DNA of 63,500 nt, counting the filler, from Welwitschia mirabilis (lineage: Eukaryota), in assembly GCA_051453625.1 (NCBI GenBank). It is 4 parts of one record of this genome, joined end to end, with 100 filler letters (N's around TTAATTAATTAA, not from the genome) between each part and the next. Parts side by side here need not be neighbours in the genome. Positions count along the whole stretch, not along the records: positions 42,180 to 54,430 come from JBOZIK010000001.1; positions 54,531 to 63,500 come from JBOZIK010000001.1; 2 more parts are not named here. One strand, 5' to 3'. The translations under genes and the position numbers were made by a program. The notes under the pieces were generated by a model, which was not told the DNA's origin, ran no database searches, and saw nothing but the letters and a program-made list of their open reading frames with translations. Below, in pieces: positions 50,901 to 63,500 of this stretch; position 1 is the stretch's first letter; the number at the start of each line of letters is the position of its first letter.

Positions 50901-52177
50901 CATTAACTTGAATGAAGATCCTATTTCCTCTTTCTCTATTAATCAAACTAAAGAAAACTTAAGAGATAAGGCAACTCTACAAATTAAAGAACTCAAAGAT
51001 CATCCTTTGAAATCTATTATTAGGATTATTCAGCAAGGTATTATTACTAGAAACTCTCTTAAGAACTTTAGTACTTATGTCTTCCTTTTATTTCTAATCC
51101 AACCTAAATCTCTTGAAGAGGCTAAATCTAATCTAAGTTAGATCAATGCCATGTAAGAGAAACTTGAATAATTCACTAGAAATTAGGTTTGGACACTTTT
51201 TCCAAAACTAACAAGAAAAAATGTCATAGGCACAAAGTGAATTTTCAGAAATAAAGTAAATGAGAAAAATGGAATTACCAAAAATAAATCTAGATTAGTT
51301 GCTTAATGGTATTCCCAAATAGAAGGAGTAGATTGTGAAGACATGTTTGATCCAGTTGCTAGATTGGAAACAATTAAAATGTTTCTAGCTTTTGCTTATT
51401 TCAAAAAAATGAAAGTCTTTTAAATGAATGTAAAAAGTGCATTTCTTAACAGAAATATTGAAGAAGAAGTGTATGTTAAGCAACCTCAAGATTTTTCTGA
51501 TCCTCATAAACCTGAATATGTTTATAGACTTAACAAAGCCTTGTATGGATTAAAACAAGCTCCCAGAGCTTGGTATGAAATCTTTCATCATTCTTGCTTT
51601 AACATGATTTTTCTAGAGGCTTTATTAATAAAAATTTATTTAGAAAAGTTTTAAATAATGGTATAATAATAGTTCAAATCTATTTTGATGATATTATTTT
51701 TGGATCAATAAATGAATACTTGTCAAATGATTTTGCAAATCTCATGAGCTCTAAATTTGAAATAAACATGGTTGGACCTATAAATATGTTTTTGGGTTTA
51801 CAAATTCAACAACATGAATAGGGTATATTTATCAATCAGAAGAAATACTTCTTAGATTTAATAAAAAGTTTTAAACTAGAAAATGCAAAGTGTATGGACT
51901 CTCTAATGGCCATAAATGTTAAACTTTCTTTAGATAAACATGACAAGAATTTGGATCAAAAGGTATACCATGGTATTATTAAAGGTCTATTATATCTAGT
52001 GGCTAGTCACCCTGATATAGCCTTTAGTATTGGTTTGTATGCTAGGTATTAAAGCAAACCTAAGGAATCACATCTTACTGCTGCAAAGAGAATACTTTGC
52101 TATGTGAAAGGTACTCTAGATTTTATATTATAGTTTTCAAATAATACTTCTTTAATCTTAACAGGTTATAGTGATGC
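47937..52177 (+). pseudogene. Copia gag-pol pseudogene (gag, protease, integrase, RT)
   Basis: RPPFFDGINY; protease YLDNSCSRDMIG..GEVTFGDN..VNGLKHNLLSI; integrase [86 protein letters not shown]. Many stops. Confidence 0.92.
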
Positions 52178-54430
52178 TGTTGTGGTGTGTATTGGTGCAA
52201 TAGTTCACGTTTCAATTTCAATCCTGTTAATTATAAATAAGATGCAAAATACAACATGCTAGTATAGACGGNNNNNNNNNNNNNNNNNNNNNNNNNNNNN
52301 NNNNNNNNNNNNNNNNNNNNNNNNNNNNNNNNNNNNNNNNNNNNNNNNNNNNNNNNNNNNNNNNNNNNNNNNNNNNNNNNNNNNNNNNNNNNNNNNNNNN
52401 NNNNNNNNNNNNNNNNNNNNNNNNNNNNNNNNNNNNNNNNNNNNNNNNNNNNNNNNNNNNNNNNNNNNNNNNNNNNNNNNNNNNNNNNNNNNNNNNNNNN
52501 NNNNNNNNNNNNNNNNNNNNNNNNNNNNNNNNNNNNNNNNNNNNNNNNNNNNNNNNNNNNNNNNNNNNNNNNNNNNNNNNNNNNNNNNNNNNNNNNNNNN
52601 NNNNNNNNNNNNNNNNNNNNNNNNNNNNNNNNNNNNNNNNNNNNNNNNNNNNNNNNNNNNNNNNNNNNNNNNNNNNNNNNNNNNNNNNNNNNNNNNNNNN
52701 NNNNNNNNNNNNNNNNNNNNNNNNNNNNNNNNNNNNNNNNNNNNNNNNNNNNNNNNNNNNNNNNNNNNNNNNNNNNNNNNNNNNNNNNNNNNNNNNNNNN
52801 NNNNNNNNNNNNNNNNNNNNNNNNNNNNNNNNNNNNNNNNNNNNNNNNNNNNNNNNNNNNNNNNNNNNNNNNNNNNNNNNNNNNNNNNNNNNNNNNNNNN
52901 NNNNNNNNNNNNNNNNNNNNNNNNNNNNNNNNNNNNNNNNNNNNNNNNNNNNNNNNNNNNNNNNNNNNNNNNNNNNNNNNNNNNNNNNNNNNNNNNNNNN
53001 NNNNNNNNNNNNNNNNNNNNNNNNNNNNNNNNNNNNNNNNNNNNNNNNNNNNNNNNNNNNNNNNNNNNNNNNNNNNNNNNNNNNNNNNNNNNNNNNNNNN
53101 NNNNNNNNNNNNNNNNNNNAACACCAAGGTAACGTCTCTCTGGATTACAAGATGGTTCTCCGGTCCCAAGATCTCCTGTCACGAGAAAGTCAGGTATTGT
53201 CGAAGATGATTAGGGATCGAGGGGGAGACCTTTATTTATAGCTAAAAAGGGGAAAGAGACTAACAGAGAAGCTTAACATAAACTATAGCTAACAGGAAAG
53301 GGAAAGTCACAATAAACAGGCAACAACTCGAGAATACAATCTCTGAAAGTGTCAAAGGGGAGTGTCGTCTAGGTGGTCGTCCGAACGATGGAGGGGACGA
53401 CAGGGTTTTACAATAAGATAACTCAGTTTGATTCCACTTTGTCTGTCTGTAATCTTCATGAAAACTGATGTTGACTGCTTCTAAAGATTTCGTCCACTAG
53501 TGTCATCTGGACGATGATCTGGACGATGGTCTCTGATGCTAAGAACTTCACTTCAACAGTAAGTCTTCTGAATTTAACTCTGTGATTTGTCGAAGAAGGG
53601 TTGTTGTCCTGACTATTGTCTGGACGACATAGGGGACGACAGTCTTCTACTCATCCTTTGTCAGTCTGGTATATGGTTGTTTGCAGAACAATCATCTGAA
53701 AATACAATTTATCCATATCTATAGAAAATCTTCGTGAATTGTATGATAAACTGCATGTTTTCATCTTGTATTCCTGGATTCTCAATTTTCATAGGAACTA
53801 CGTATTTATCTGTTAGTTTATCTGCAAAACAACTCAAAATACCCTATCAAATACACTTAAGTTGTGTCACAACATAGCCCCCACTTAGCCTTGTCAGTTC
53901 CTGACAAAACCAGGTGGTAAACTATGTTTGCAAGCCAACTTTTCAAATGATAAAAACTAGGATAGGTAAAGAAAAGTATCTGATAAAAGTGTAACAGGAA
54001 TGAACCTGAATCTGAATTTCTAAAAAATTTAAAAACTAAATAAAATACCTGGTATGTATCAGATGTATGTCTGTCGTCCGGTCTGTCGGCCGGGCGATAA
54101 TGAGGACAACAAGCTCCTTAAAAGATTTTTAAATTCTGGAACCTGTAACAGAAAATAGATTTTGCATTTAGTTATAAAATTCTGGAAAACAATTCCTTCT
54201 ATGATAGATAGTTAAGTATAATTATGTAAAAATTAAGGAGGGTTTGCAATAATGAATCATTATGATCAAAAAAATTAGATCAAAAATCTGCAATATTGAA
54301 GATATGTGTATATCCTGCCCCCCACTTAAAGTGTGCAATGTATCTTGAATTGCCTAAACTAAGTGAAACTAAAAATGACTGGAAGGAAAAACTACGAAAT
54401 GACTCAACTAGAAAAGAAGAAAATGGGAAA
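52178..54430 (-). mobile_element. Athila-family element (3' LTR 52178-53874 and 3' non-coding region) nested in SIRE element 1
   Basis: 52178-52270 and 53120-53874 are reverse complements of the LTR at 6728-7802; termini TGTTGTG...CACAACA; PPT adjacent. Cut by a scaffold join at 54431. Confidence 0.9.
53875..53890 (-). promoter_or_regulatory. Polypurine tract next to the 3' LTR
   Basis: Minus strand GGCTAAGTGGGGGCTA directly precedes the LTR start TGTTGTGAC; a second TAAGTGGGGGGC lies at 54317-54328. Confidence 0.8.
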
Positions 54431-54530
54431 NNNNNNNNNNNNNNNNNNNNNNNNNNNNNNNNNNNNNNNNNNNNTTAATTAATTAANNNNNNNNNNNNNN
54501 NNNNNNNNNNNNNNNNNNNNNNNNNNNNNN

Positions 54531-57400
54531 TTCTTCTAATAGATTATTTCTTCTTAAACATCTATTCTAGATTATTTTTCATATTTTATTATTCTCTTAA
54601 CAATCTAATTCCATTATGAAAGTTAATTTTCTATTAGAACATCTACGTGTCTCTTCATGTCTAGTAGCTATAAGGACTTCCCCATTAGTTTATACATTCA
54701 TTAAAACTCTTTTAACCTTGAAGCTGAGGCTTGACTATCTTTCGTCTCCCTCTAACCCTTCCAAATATAGTTTAGTATCTTTCTAAATTTTTCTACAAAT
54801 CCAAATATTTTAAAATCTAAATTAACAGTGTTCATAGTAAATGAATTCCCATTTACAAATTAGTTGGTAATGATTTAACATCATCCATGATAGGGCCTAC
54901 CTAGTAGGAATCCTTAACTCCCAAAAATCTTTTAATACTAGAAATTTATCTAGTTGTAATCCTCTCCAAACTCCATTTAGCCCTTAAATCTTCTATATGA
55001 AACAAGTAATGGGGTGAGGGTGGGGAGGAAGTGGGATGGAGGGGTGATTTTATTATGACATCCATATTTTTCATCTTTTGAAATAAATCTTATTCCAACT
55101 TTATGATTTTATCACTTGTTCTTTATATTAGACTATGTATCATGTTCTAGTCACCATCCATAACCTAGACTCTTTCTTCTATTGTTGTTAAGATATTTTT
55201 TCTAAAACTTGGTTTGTCTTGCTTTATAGTTGAATCATATACATTAAAAAGTTTTAGACCTTTTTCATGAATCATTAGCATGTTTTTATTTCTAATTTTT
55301 TCTTGGAATGAGAATCTATTCCTTTGAAAGATTACTAGACCTTCACTCCATCTAGTGGCTTCCATCTATTTCTTTGATTTACATTTCATCCCCTAAATGA
55401 AGATCATATCAATACTTTATTACTTAGTAATCTTCAATATCTAGCTCTTTTTTTAGGGTTATTTAGCCCTATACAATTACAAGATAAGATTCTCATTCTA
55501 ATTAGTAAACTTCCTCCTTCATCCTATGGGGTTTATCTAATTCCTTTATTCCTATGACATCCTTCTCTTGTATGTCTATTGGCTTACCATGACATCCTTC
55601 TCTTGTATTTCTATTAGCTTGTCATTATTTGATAGAAATTAGAGCCTCTCATGTAATCTAACCTAAATAATTTCATCCTGCATGTCTTGCATTCCATCTT
55701 CTATATCTCGGACTGCATCTTTTTAAATTTTTTTCTATGTTGAAGGCTTTTCTAAATTCCTCTAATTTGGAGTATCCTTTAAAATCATCCTCATAATTAT
55801 CTTTAGATCCCTCCTCCTAATTCTGAGGTTTTTCTTCATAACTCATATTTTAGAGACCTAATTTTTCCCTTAGAAGATGATTTGGCTCTAAACCCATTAT
55901 TCTACTTAAGGTAACCTTAGGTATTCTTCTCTTTTTTCTTGAGGTAACTCTCTGCTAGCCTTGGTTCTCCTCCTTATTTAGTGTTTTGCCCACTATGAAT
56001 CCCCCTAAATAGGCTCTCTTAGTTGGAAGTTAATTCTTTGATACCTAAAATCATTTTTTTAATTCTATTCCTAAGTACTTACCTTGTCTGAATTTGCATC
56101 ATTTTTTTATACCATTGATTCTTTTCGTCCTCTTGGGTTCCTCTTCCTCATACATTTAGATTAGATGTCTTTTTATTTTCCTCCTTATGGGTTTTCTCTC
56201 TTGAAGATAAAACATTTTTTCTGGACTCTAAGTCTTCTTTTATTATTATGAAATGGAAAAATTTGTGGTTTGCAAGGCCTTCCATTGATTTTTCTTGTAT
56301 CAGATTAAGATATGACCTCTTATCATACATATTCTACACATATTTAGGATGTTTTCAAAAATTAACTATTGCATTAAGGTGTTATGCAGTTCTTTTAGTT
56401 TAATGCATGATACCAACTTTGTGTCTTCTACCATTCTTATGCATATTATAGCATTTATTGTGGGCATTCCTTTAGTTGTAACTTAATTAATCATAATAAG
56501 TTCATTAAATAAAGTAACTATTNNNNNNNNNNNNNNNNNNNNNNNNNNNNNNNNNNNNNNNNNNNNNNNNNNNNNNNNNNNNNNNNNNNNNNNNNNNNNN
56601 NNNNNNNNNNNNNNNNNNNNNNTCATAATAAGTTCATTAAATAAAGTAACTATTTACTATAAGATTGTCTCCATCTAAAACTTCATATGCATATTGGACA
56701 TGTGCAACCACACTACTAGCCATTTCCTTTTTCTAGGTTCTCCTAACTTCTGAGCTTGTCCTGGAAGGTAGCTTGAATAACATTACTTCATTTGCATTAT
56801 TAAGTTTCCTATTCTCCATGCCACCCTATATTCATTTGAAAATACAAAGAATAATCCATTCCCACATCTACATATCTTTATAAGTAGGTGATCTTTCATT
56901 AAAGTTTTCTATGAGAAGGAATTAAAATTTATCCTTATGATTGTTTAAGGCTTTCTCCTGGATTTCAACTATGAAGGTCCCCTTAGTTATTGTCATTTTA
57001 ATCTTTATGTTCTTTAGTATTTTAGAATCCTCTAAGAAAAACTACCTTTTGCATGTAAAGCATCTATAAATGTTTTGATCTATCTTGGTTCCTTCCTAGA
57101 TGTTTTTTTCATGTTGCCCTATTTTCTTGGTGGTTTGTCTAACTAGTTACTCTCCGCTAGAGGTGAATCACCATCCCTTTATATCATGCCCTTATGCAGT
57201 CCTATGAAATTGAAACTATGGGCATTAGAATCCCTTCCTAATAAAGAGGTCAATCTTGGCTAAGATTTTACTATTCTCTTGTAGCTATTTCCCTCCTTAA
57301 TTTAATACTATAACATGCAAAGGTATGTAAGAACATGCCGTCCTGAAACTTCCTTTTTTTTTATTGTTCTAATGCTAAAGCCTCTTGTTGCTCTCTCCAA
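54531..57400 (-). mobile_element. Highly decayed retrotransposon gag-protease region (probably Gypsy)
   Basis: Minus strand is purine-rich and coding-like; SYLPGQAQK (~56760) is gag-like and FLLGRP (~54900) is protease-like. No long frame. Confidence 0.4.
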
Positions 57401-58417
57401 AATAATATTAGCACAATATTTTTCATTGTATCTCTCTTTTAATACCTTTCTAAATATTGATATTTATCATAAGACTTATACCATTCATAAGCATCCTTAA
57501 AAAGTATACATCAGTATAATCTATATTCTATAATTCTATGAGAAGTCTTTCCCACCATAAAAAAGTATTCTCAACAAACACCATCTATTTGCATGCTAAA
57601 ATTAACATTCTAAGCAAGTATAGTTAGTTAATTTTGCATTAGGAAAGACATTTAATTCATGAATTCATTACAAAATGATGTCTTTTAACATTTTTATCAT
57701 GTTTTCATGAAATTATTAATTTTATTTAACATTAATAGGTTAATTACTGCCTTCTAAAAATGTGTACACAAACTTACCAAATTCTAGTGTCAAATGTTGG
57801 TACTATTGGCTAGAACAATTGGTGTTGCTAGCTTTCTGAGGCATAATGTTAAACATCTCATGTTTCTTCACCTGTTTTGGGAATTAAGAATTCTATGCTT
57901 ATGGGCTTAGTAAGACATAAATCAGATTTAGCCTTAACCTCTGGTAACACATGGTGAAAGTATAAATCAACATGTTGCAGTGACATGTGATACAAACAAG
58001 AATTATTACATGGAAGATACATGACATGGCATACATTGGTAGCATCATCATCAACAAAAGACATGCCATCATCCTTATTGCACTTGAAGAGAAAGGAATC
58101 CTTCTTTATTGCTACATGCTAAAAATTGTAACTTCATCCTTATGTAGACACCCTTACATAACCCCCCCTTATGTAACCATCATCTAATGCAATCATGGAA
58201 TAACTCCCCAAGACTTCCCTCATCTATAAAAGGACTTAATAACCCATTGTAAATATCTTTTGATAGGCTTAATAGACTTGAAGGCTAAGATGTCATGGTG
58301 TTATGATACTTTTTCCTAGGGATAAAAAGATTTAAGACTAGTTGAGGATTTCTTCTTCTCCTCCTCCTCCATTTATGTAATATATATTTATTTTAGATTT
58401 TAATATAAAAATTGATT

Positions 58418-58615
58418 TAAACCCTTTCATTATTATTGCCCATTTCATTTGGCATTAGCAATATCTAGGAAGGGCTAGTTCTAAAATTAGTTTAAACCTT
58501 TTCATTATTATTACACATTAATTTGGTATTAGCAATATTTAGATAAGACTAACTCTTTGTGTTTTTTATTCTTTTATTATTTTTACATGATCATTTTGGC
58601 ATTAGTAATTTTTAG
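58418..58615. repeat. ~74-bp diverged tandem repeat (3 units) at the end of a possible LTR (~57860-58600)
   Basis: TTTGG(C/T)ATTAG(C/T)AAT at 58448, 58522 and 58595; the first two units share AAACC.TTTCATTATTATT; CTATAAAAGG at ~58225. Confidence 0.6.
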
Positions 58616-61600
58616 GTGAAACTCACTTAATCATCAAATTTCAGGATGTAGGAATTACTAGAGCAAAGGTGAAGAGTTGGATAAGTTAATCAGATCCTTG
58701 GAGCATTTCCATTTTCTTGCATTACCAATTGAAGATGAATTTTCTCTCAACTTCTAAATTTTCTATTATTTGACCTTTAATAAACGTTATAATAATCATG
58801 TTGCTTTTGTAAAAGTTACCACATATATCCCAATGGAAGAATAATAACTAAGTGCAAACTTAGTTTTAAATTTGGATTACTACAAAGCTATGATCAGATT
58901 TTGATGTCATTGCTAGGGATATATTTGCATGGAAATTTTTTCAAAAGTGCATGATTTTCTCCTTGCAATTTTTAGTTAGATTTTATTTTTCCAATGGTGG
59001 TACTATTTCTCTTTTTAGTGATACCTAAATTGATCCTTGTCTCTTTACTTTTACTTTATTTTTCCTCTAGTGGTAGGTATAGGTCTTTTTCTAGTAAAAC
59101 TTAAACTAGCTTAAATTATTAAGTTGGATTTTGTAATCTAACATCTAAAATTCATTTTTTATGTCCTATGTTTCATGTTGCAGATATAATGACTTTACTA
59201 CATGTGCAACTAAATCTAGGTTTGTGAATTAAAACAAATTGAACTGTAATAATTTTTTTTGTATATTTTATTTTTCATCCAATTCTGTAATTTTTATTTC
59301 TATAAAATTTAGTTTTTATTTTGTTAACTTCTATAAAAAGTTTTTTTTTAAAAAAGTCTTTAGGGTTTTTTTCATAGGTTTTACTCCATTTCATTCTATC
59401 GCCATCTTATTTTTTGCTATTCACTTTTTATGCCTTATAACATAAAACTCCTTATCCAATCACACTTGTAATTATTGTGTTTTTTCCAAAGAAATTATCT
59501 AAAAAAATATGGTACAATTATAAATAGTTATTGATGTTATCATCTTTTTTATGAATTTTTCACTCACATTTTACTAGTAACTCTTGGACCTTCTAAGACT
59601 ATCTTGTTATTAGTCTTTCTCTAAAACTATGAAAAGTCAAGGAAATGTAAACTTCTAATCTAAACCATCACCTGTTTTTTGAATATTAGTAATGAGTTGG
59701 ACTCATAACCCATTTTAAACACCTTCCAAACCAAAACCTATCTTCCCCTATAGTTTTTATAATCATGAATAATCTAAATTAATAACAGGATAATTCATCA
59801 AACCTAGACAGACCTTGAATGAGTATCTTTAATCCCATTCATACATAGATCAATCTCATTATAACTTTGAATTTGAAAATCCCTATTGTGAACCAAGAGA
59901 ATTTGATTACATGCCTTCCATTACCCCTCACAATCTATATTCATCATTCTCATTTTCCTATTTGTCATCCTTTGATCCTCATCCTTTGTATCCTTTTTAA
60001 TATCCTTTATCATTTAACCAATATTTATCATTTTAATACATCTAATAATTTATATCACTTTCCTTTAAGAATACCTTTTACAAATTTCTAGAAGGTTCTT
60101 CTAAATCTTCTTTCAATACATTTGAATTCTATTCTTAATCTTTAAAAGAATCCACTAATAAAACCAATGAAAATCTTACACAACTTCTTCAATAAATGGC
60201 TAAATCTAATGATCAAATCCTTAGGGCCCTTAAATAATAATAAGAAAAGAAAACCTTCCTACATTCTCTGAAGTAATGAAACTAAAATTAATAACAACCA
60301 AACTATATCCTTTAGGCATGAAGAAGAAATCCCTGAAGAAGTCCATGATGAAACCAATGAGGACATCCAAAGAGGATCCTAAGTTTAGACATGCCTTAGA
60401 GAGTGATTAATTAGGTACATCTAGATTGTACTTTGAAGTGGGATTAGACATATCATTTGATGATTAATCCATAATGAGTAAGCAAACATTTGATAGAGAA
60501 GAAAAATTAGAATGTTACACAATAGAGAACAAATCTATAAGTGACACAAATGAAAGAAATGACATTAACCTCTTTGAACCACAACCTATTTGGTTGCATA
60601 ACTATGTGAAGAATAATACCTTAAGAACCTTTAAGGAAGAGAATATAACTAAGAGCTATTTCATAATCCATCCTTTAAAACATCATTACCTTTCATTAAC
60701 AACCTCTTAAGCTTATTGTGCCATTTCATCTTTATCTTTTAAGTAAGACTTGAAACTTGATGATGAAGATAAACCATTTACATCTTTGAAATCATCTTTT
60801 AATACTTTTCTTGATGTTTATTTATATCCAATGTTTCCACTTCACCTTTGTCTTTACCTCAAAATCATGTCTTCCATGAATTGTTGAGTAGATAGGAATA
60901 GGTTAAGGGATGGAAAATTGTTGATTTTGAAAAAATAAGTTTTACTACTAAAGTTAATGTTCTTGTGATTTTTATAGATTCATGTGTAAATGTTTATAGG
61001 GATTTGGTCTACTCTTTAAGTCAGTCTCCTCTTTGAGTGCATTTTATAATTTTAATACATCATTCAAACATTGCATTTACCATTTTGAACCTTCATGTAT
61101 ACATTACCTTGGAAAATGCCTTGAAAAATTTTTAGCTTCTTTGTCTGGTTTTAAATTAGGCTTTTCTTTTAAATTAGATTTTCTTTTAGAATAAATTTTT
61201 GTATAAAAAATTAAAAATTTTAAAAAGTTTTGTGCTTGATGCCCTTTCACACCTCAAACCATCCAAGCACTTTCACCTGTATAATCACTACCTTAAACAT
61301 TTTCAAAATGTAAATACTAAATACCACCCACTTCACTATATAAATAATCATCACCTCAAGCACCATTTTCCATCCCTTCCATTTTCATTATTTGACTTAA
61401 TAAACTCCACCAACCATCTTCTCTTTCATTTATTCATGAATTCTTTAGATTAGATGATCTTAGTTGATGGCCCTTAATTAGAATAGACTATTAATAAGTA
61501 AAGGTAGAATTTAAGTTTACCTGTAGTTTTCCAGAAAAGGTTTTGCCTATTTTTGAGTTTACTTATTAAGGTTTAGTTTCACTTAAGGTTTCCCAATCGA

Positions 61601-62244
61601 AAAACATGATTAAATTAAGGTAAAATCTACTTTCATACTAAGTAAATTATTTTCATAGCATTTTATGGGGATAATATTTATCTTGATTAGGTTAATGATC
61701 CAATGATCCCTTTATGTGTATTAAAAATTATTGAATATGAAAAGGATGATAAAAAAGAAAATAAATATCTCCTTTTCAAAAGCACATTATTTATTAATCA
61801 TTAACAATTTGATTTGGTTAACTGCATTAGAACTAGGAATGCTTACTAGTGATGCAACTCTAATGATTTAAATTATGACATGTTCAACTACATTATGGAT
61901 ATAGACACTTGCTAGTAATGCAAGACTCACTTCTTCATTCATCAACATGTTTAACTCAGTTGGAAGTAAATGTTATAATATTCAATGGCCAATTAGACCA
62001 AAATGCTTATGTATTTACTTTTCTTTAACTTGTATACTTGGAGATTTGCTTAACTAATTTTTAATTTCTTACAGGTTTACTTAGAAAATATCTTATTTAT
62101 TTGACATTATGACACATTTTAAATTTAGAATAAAATTTAAGAAATTTTCAATGAATGTAGTCATTAACTTAGGTATTCTATCTTTTTAATTTGTAAATGA
62201 TTTTTATTAGATTTCATGTTTGTTGTTCTCTAAAGATTACCTTT

Positions 62245-63500
62245 TGTTGAGAACCCATTGTCATTGATTAATTTAATGAGTTTCTGTAAGTTAGTCTTTT
62301 GTGCAAGTCTTTCCTAGCATCGGGTGACTGATGTATGATATCGGGTGACTGAATGATCAAGAATGTAAACACTACTTTAGAGTCAGGCGACCGCACGTTA
62401 TATTCTAGGCAGCTAAACTAAGATAACATAATGAATACTAGTTCAAACATGGGCGATTATTATTCGTACATGGGTGACTGCATCTCACTCAGTCAAATCA
62501 AATCTAATAGCAGGACGGGTGACCAAATGTATGCATATGGGTAACCGTATGACACGCAGTAAGAATCTACCTAATAGCAATTCAGGCAACTGATAGTTTA
62601 CAATGGGCGTTCAGGCCGACTGCATTCTATAGGAATCCGCTCATAAGGTTAACCAGGTAGAAATGATATGAGCAACTGCAACAGAGTATTTTCACAAGGG
62701 AGAGAAAACTTGCATCATATCCTATACTAAGAAATTTGCGAGAAGCCAAGATGACTGAACATTAGAATAAGGGCGACCACATTTGCGGTCGACCGAATGT
62801 AATGAAAGGTCGACCGTGCGATGGAAAATAGTATCTGTTATGAATACAATGATTTCTTAGAAAAGTGTAACAGTTCCTTAGAAAATTGCAACAGTTCCTT
62901 TTCTTATGAGGAAATGGTTATATGTTTCATCTCAAGTATAAAAGATTTCCTCTAAACACTAGAGGGCACTGAGATGATCATTATAATATCCAAAATTGAA
63001 CAAGGATTAAAACACTTTCTACTACCACATCTGAACTTCTTCAAAGGTTCAGATCTTAGTTGGACTTGCATCATTACATCATCTTGAGAAGAAGATTGTT
63101 ACACTTAGTGAACACATCTGTGCATTTGTGCATCCTTCTCTTTATCAGTCATTCTTGGTTAAGAATAAGTGACAAAATCCTCCTTGGTTATGAAAGGTTA
63201 TTTGATGAGCTTGAAAATCAATCTTATGAGCTAATACATGCCAGCTAGGACAAGGAGACTACAAAGCTAAAGGGTGGTATCTATCCACCATTATATACCT
63301 TATTTTAGTATTCTTTACGTATTGTTTTTTGTAGGTTATGATTAACAAGGAGACAGAACTTCTAAAAGGACCTATTCACCCCCCTCTAGGATCGATCCTC
63401 AGTTTTTAATTAGTATTAGAGTAGGTTAAGCAATAGATCCTAACAAATCTTTACTCCTCTTATCCCTAGAAAATGAGTCAACCCACTAAAGGAAATTCTG
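62245..63500 (+). mobile_element. Second SIRE-family element: 5' LTR (62245-63408), PBS and gag start
   Basis: Starts TGTTGAGAACCC; contains CCTATTCACCCCCCTCTAGG; decayed PBS TAGTATTAGAG at ~63411. The leader and ATGAGTCAACCC (63473) match 47890-47960. Confidence 0.9.

Larger units (their letters stand above)
46654..52177 (+). mobile_element. SIRE/Sirevirus-type Ty1/Copia retrotransposon, interrupted at the start of RNase H
   Basis: LTR + Met-type PBS + gag-pol; the coding sequence stops at TGYSDA, where a Gypsy LTR begins. Confidence 0.9.

Noticed and set aside
58620-62240. Several 60-85 aa ORFs in low-complexity AT-rich sequence
   Set aside because: No recognisable motifs; probably very old retroelement debris that I cannot assign.

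Overview
This is very AT-rich, gap-ridden eukaryotic DNA, most likely from a land plant. It is dominated by decayed, nested transposons. Retroelements: an Athila-like Ty3/Gypsy family with three insertions (1-7802 +, a collapsed copy with TSD at 21479-21667, and a minus copy at 52178-54430 nested in a Copia), two SIRE/Sirevirus-type Copia elements (46654-52177 and 62245-end), and further Gypsy fragments. One CACTA end is present. Two intron-bearing host pseudogenes lie in the left half: an EPCR1-like gene (Tudor + Enhancer-of-polycomb, ~8.4-13.05 kb) and a PARP1-like gene (~19.3-25.6 kb). The most unusual system is at 26.8-39.3 kb. It consists of two decayed rolling-circle transposons in inverted, tail-to-tail arrangement whose Rep motifs match the Helentron/Helitron2 class rather than canonical plant Helitrons, plus short non-autonomous derivatives sharing their subterminal inverted repeats and 3' stem-loop. 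The only plausibly intact gene is a GC-rich QALGGH zinc-finger ORF (40180-40812). Its two fingers lack the second His, arose from a 261-bp duplication, are followed by a frameshifted relic third finger, and have an inverted copy of the 3' end 1.1 kb downstream. All family calls rest on manual translation and motif recognition; no searches were run.
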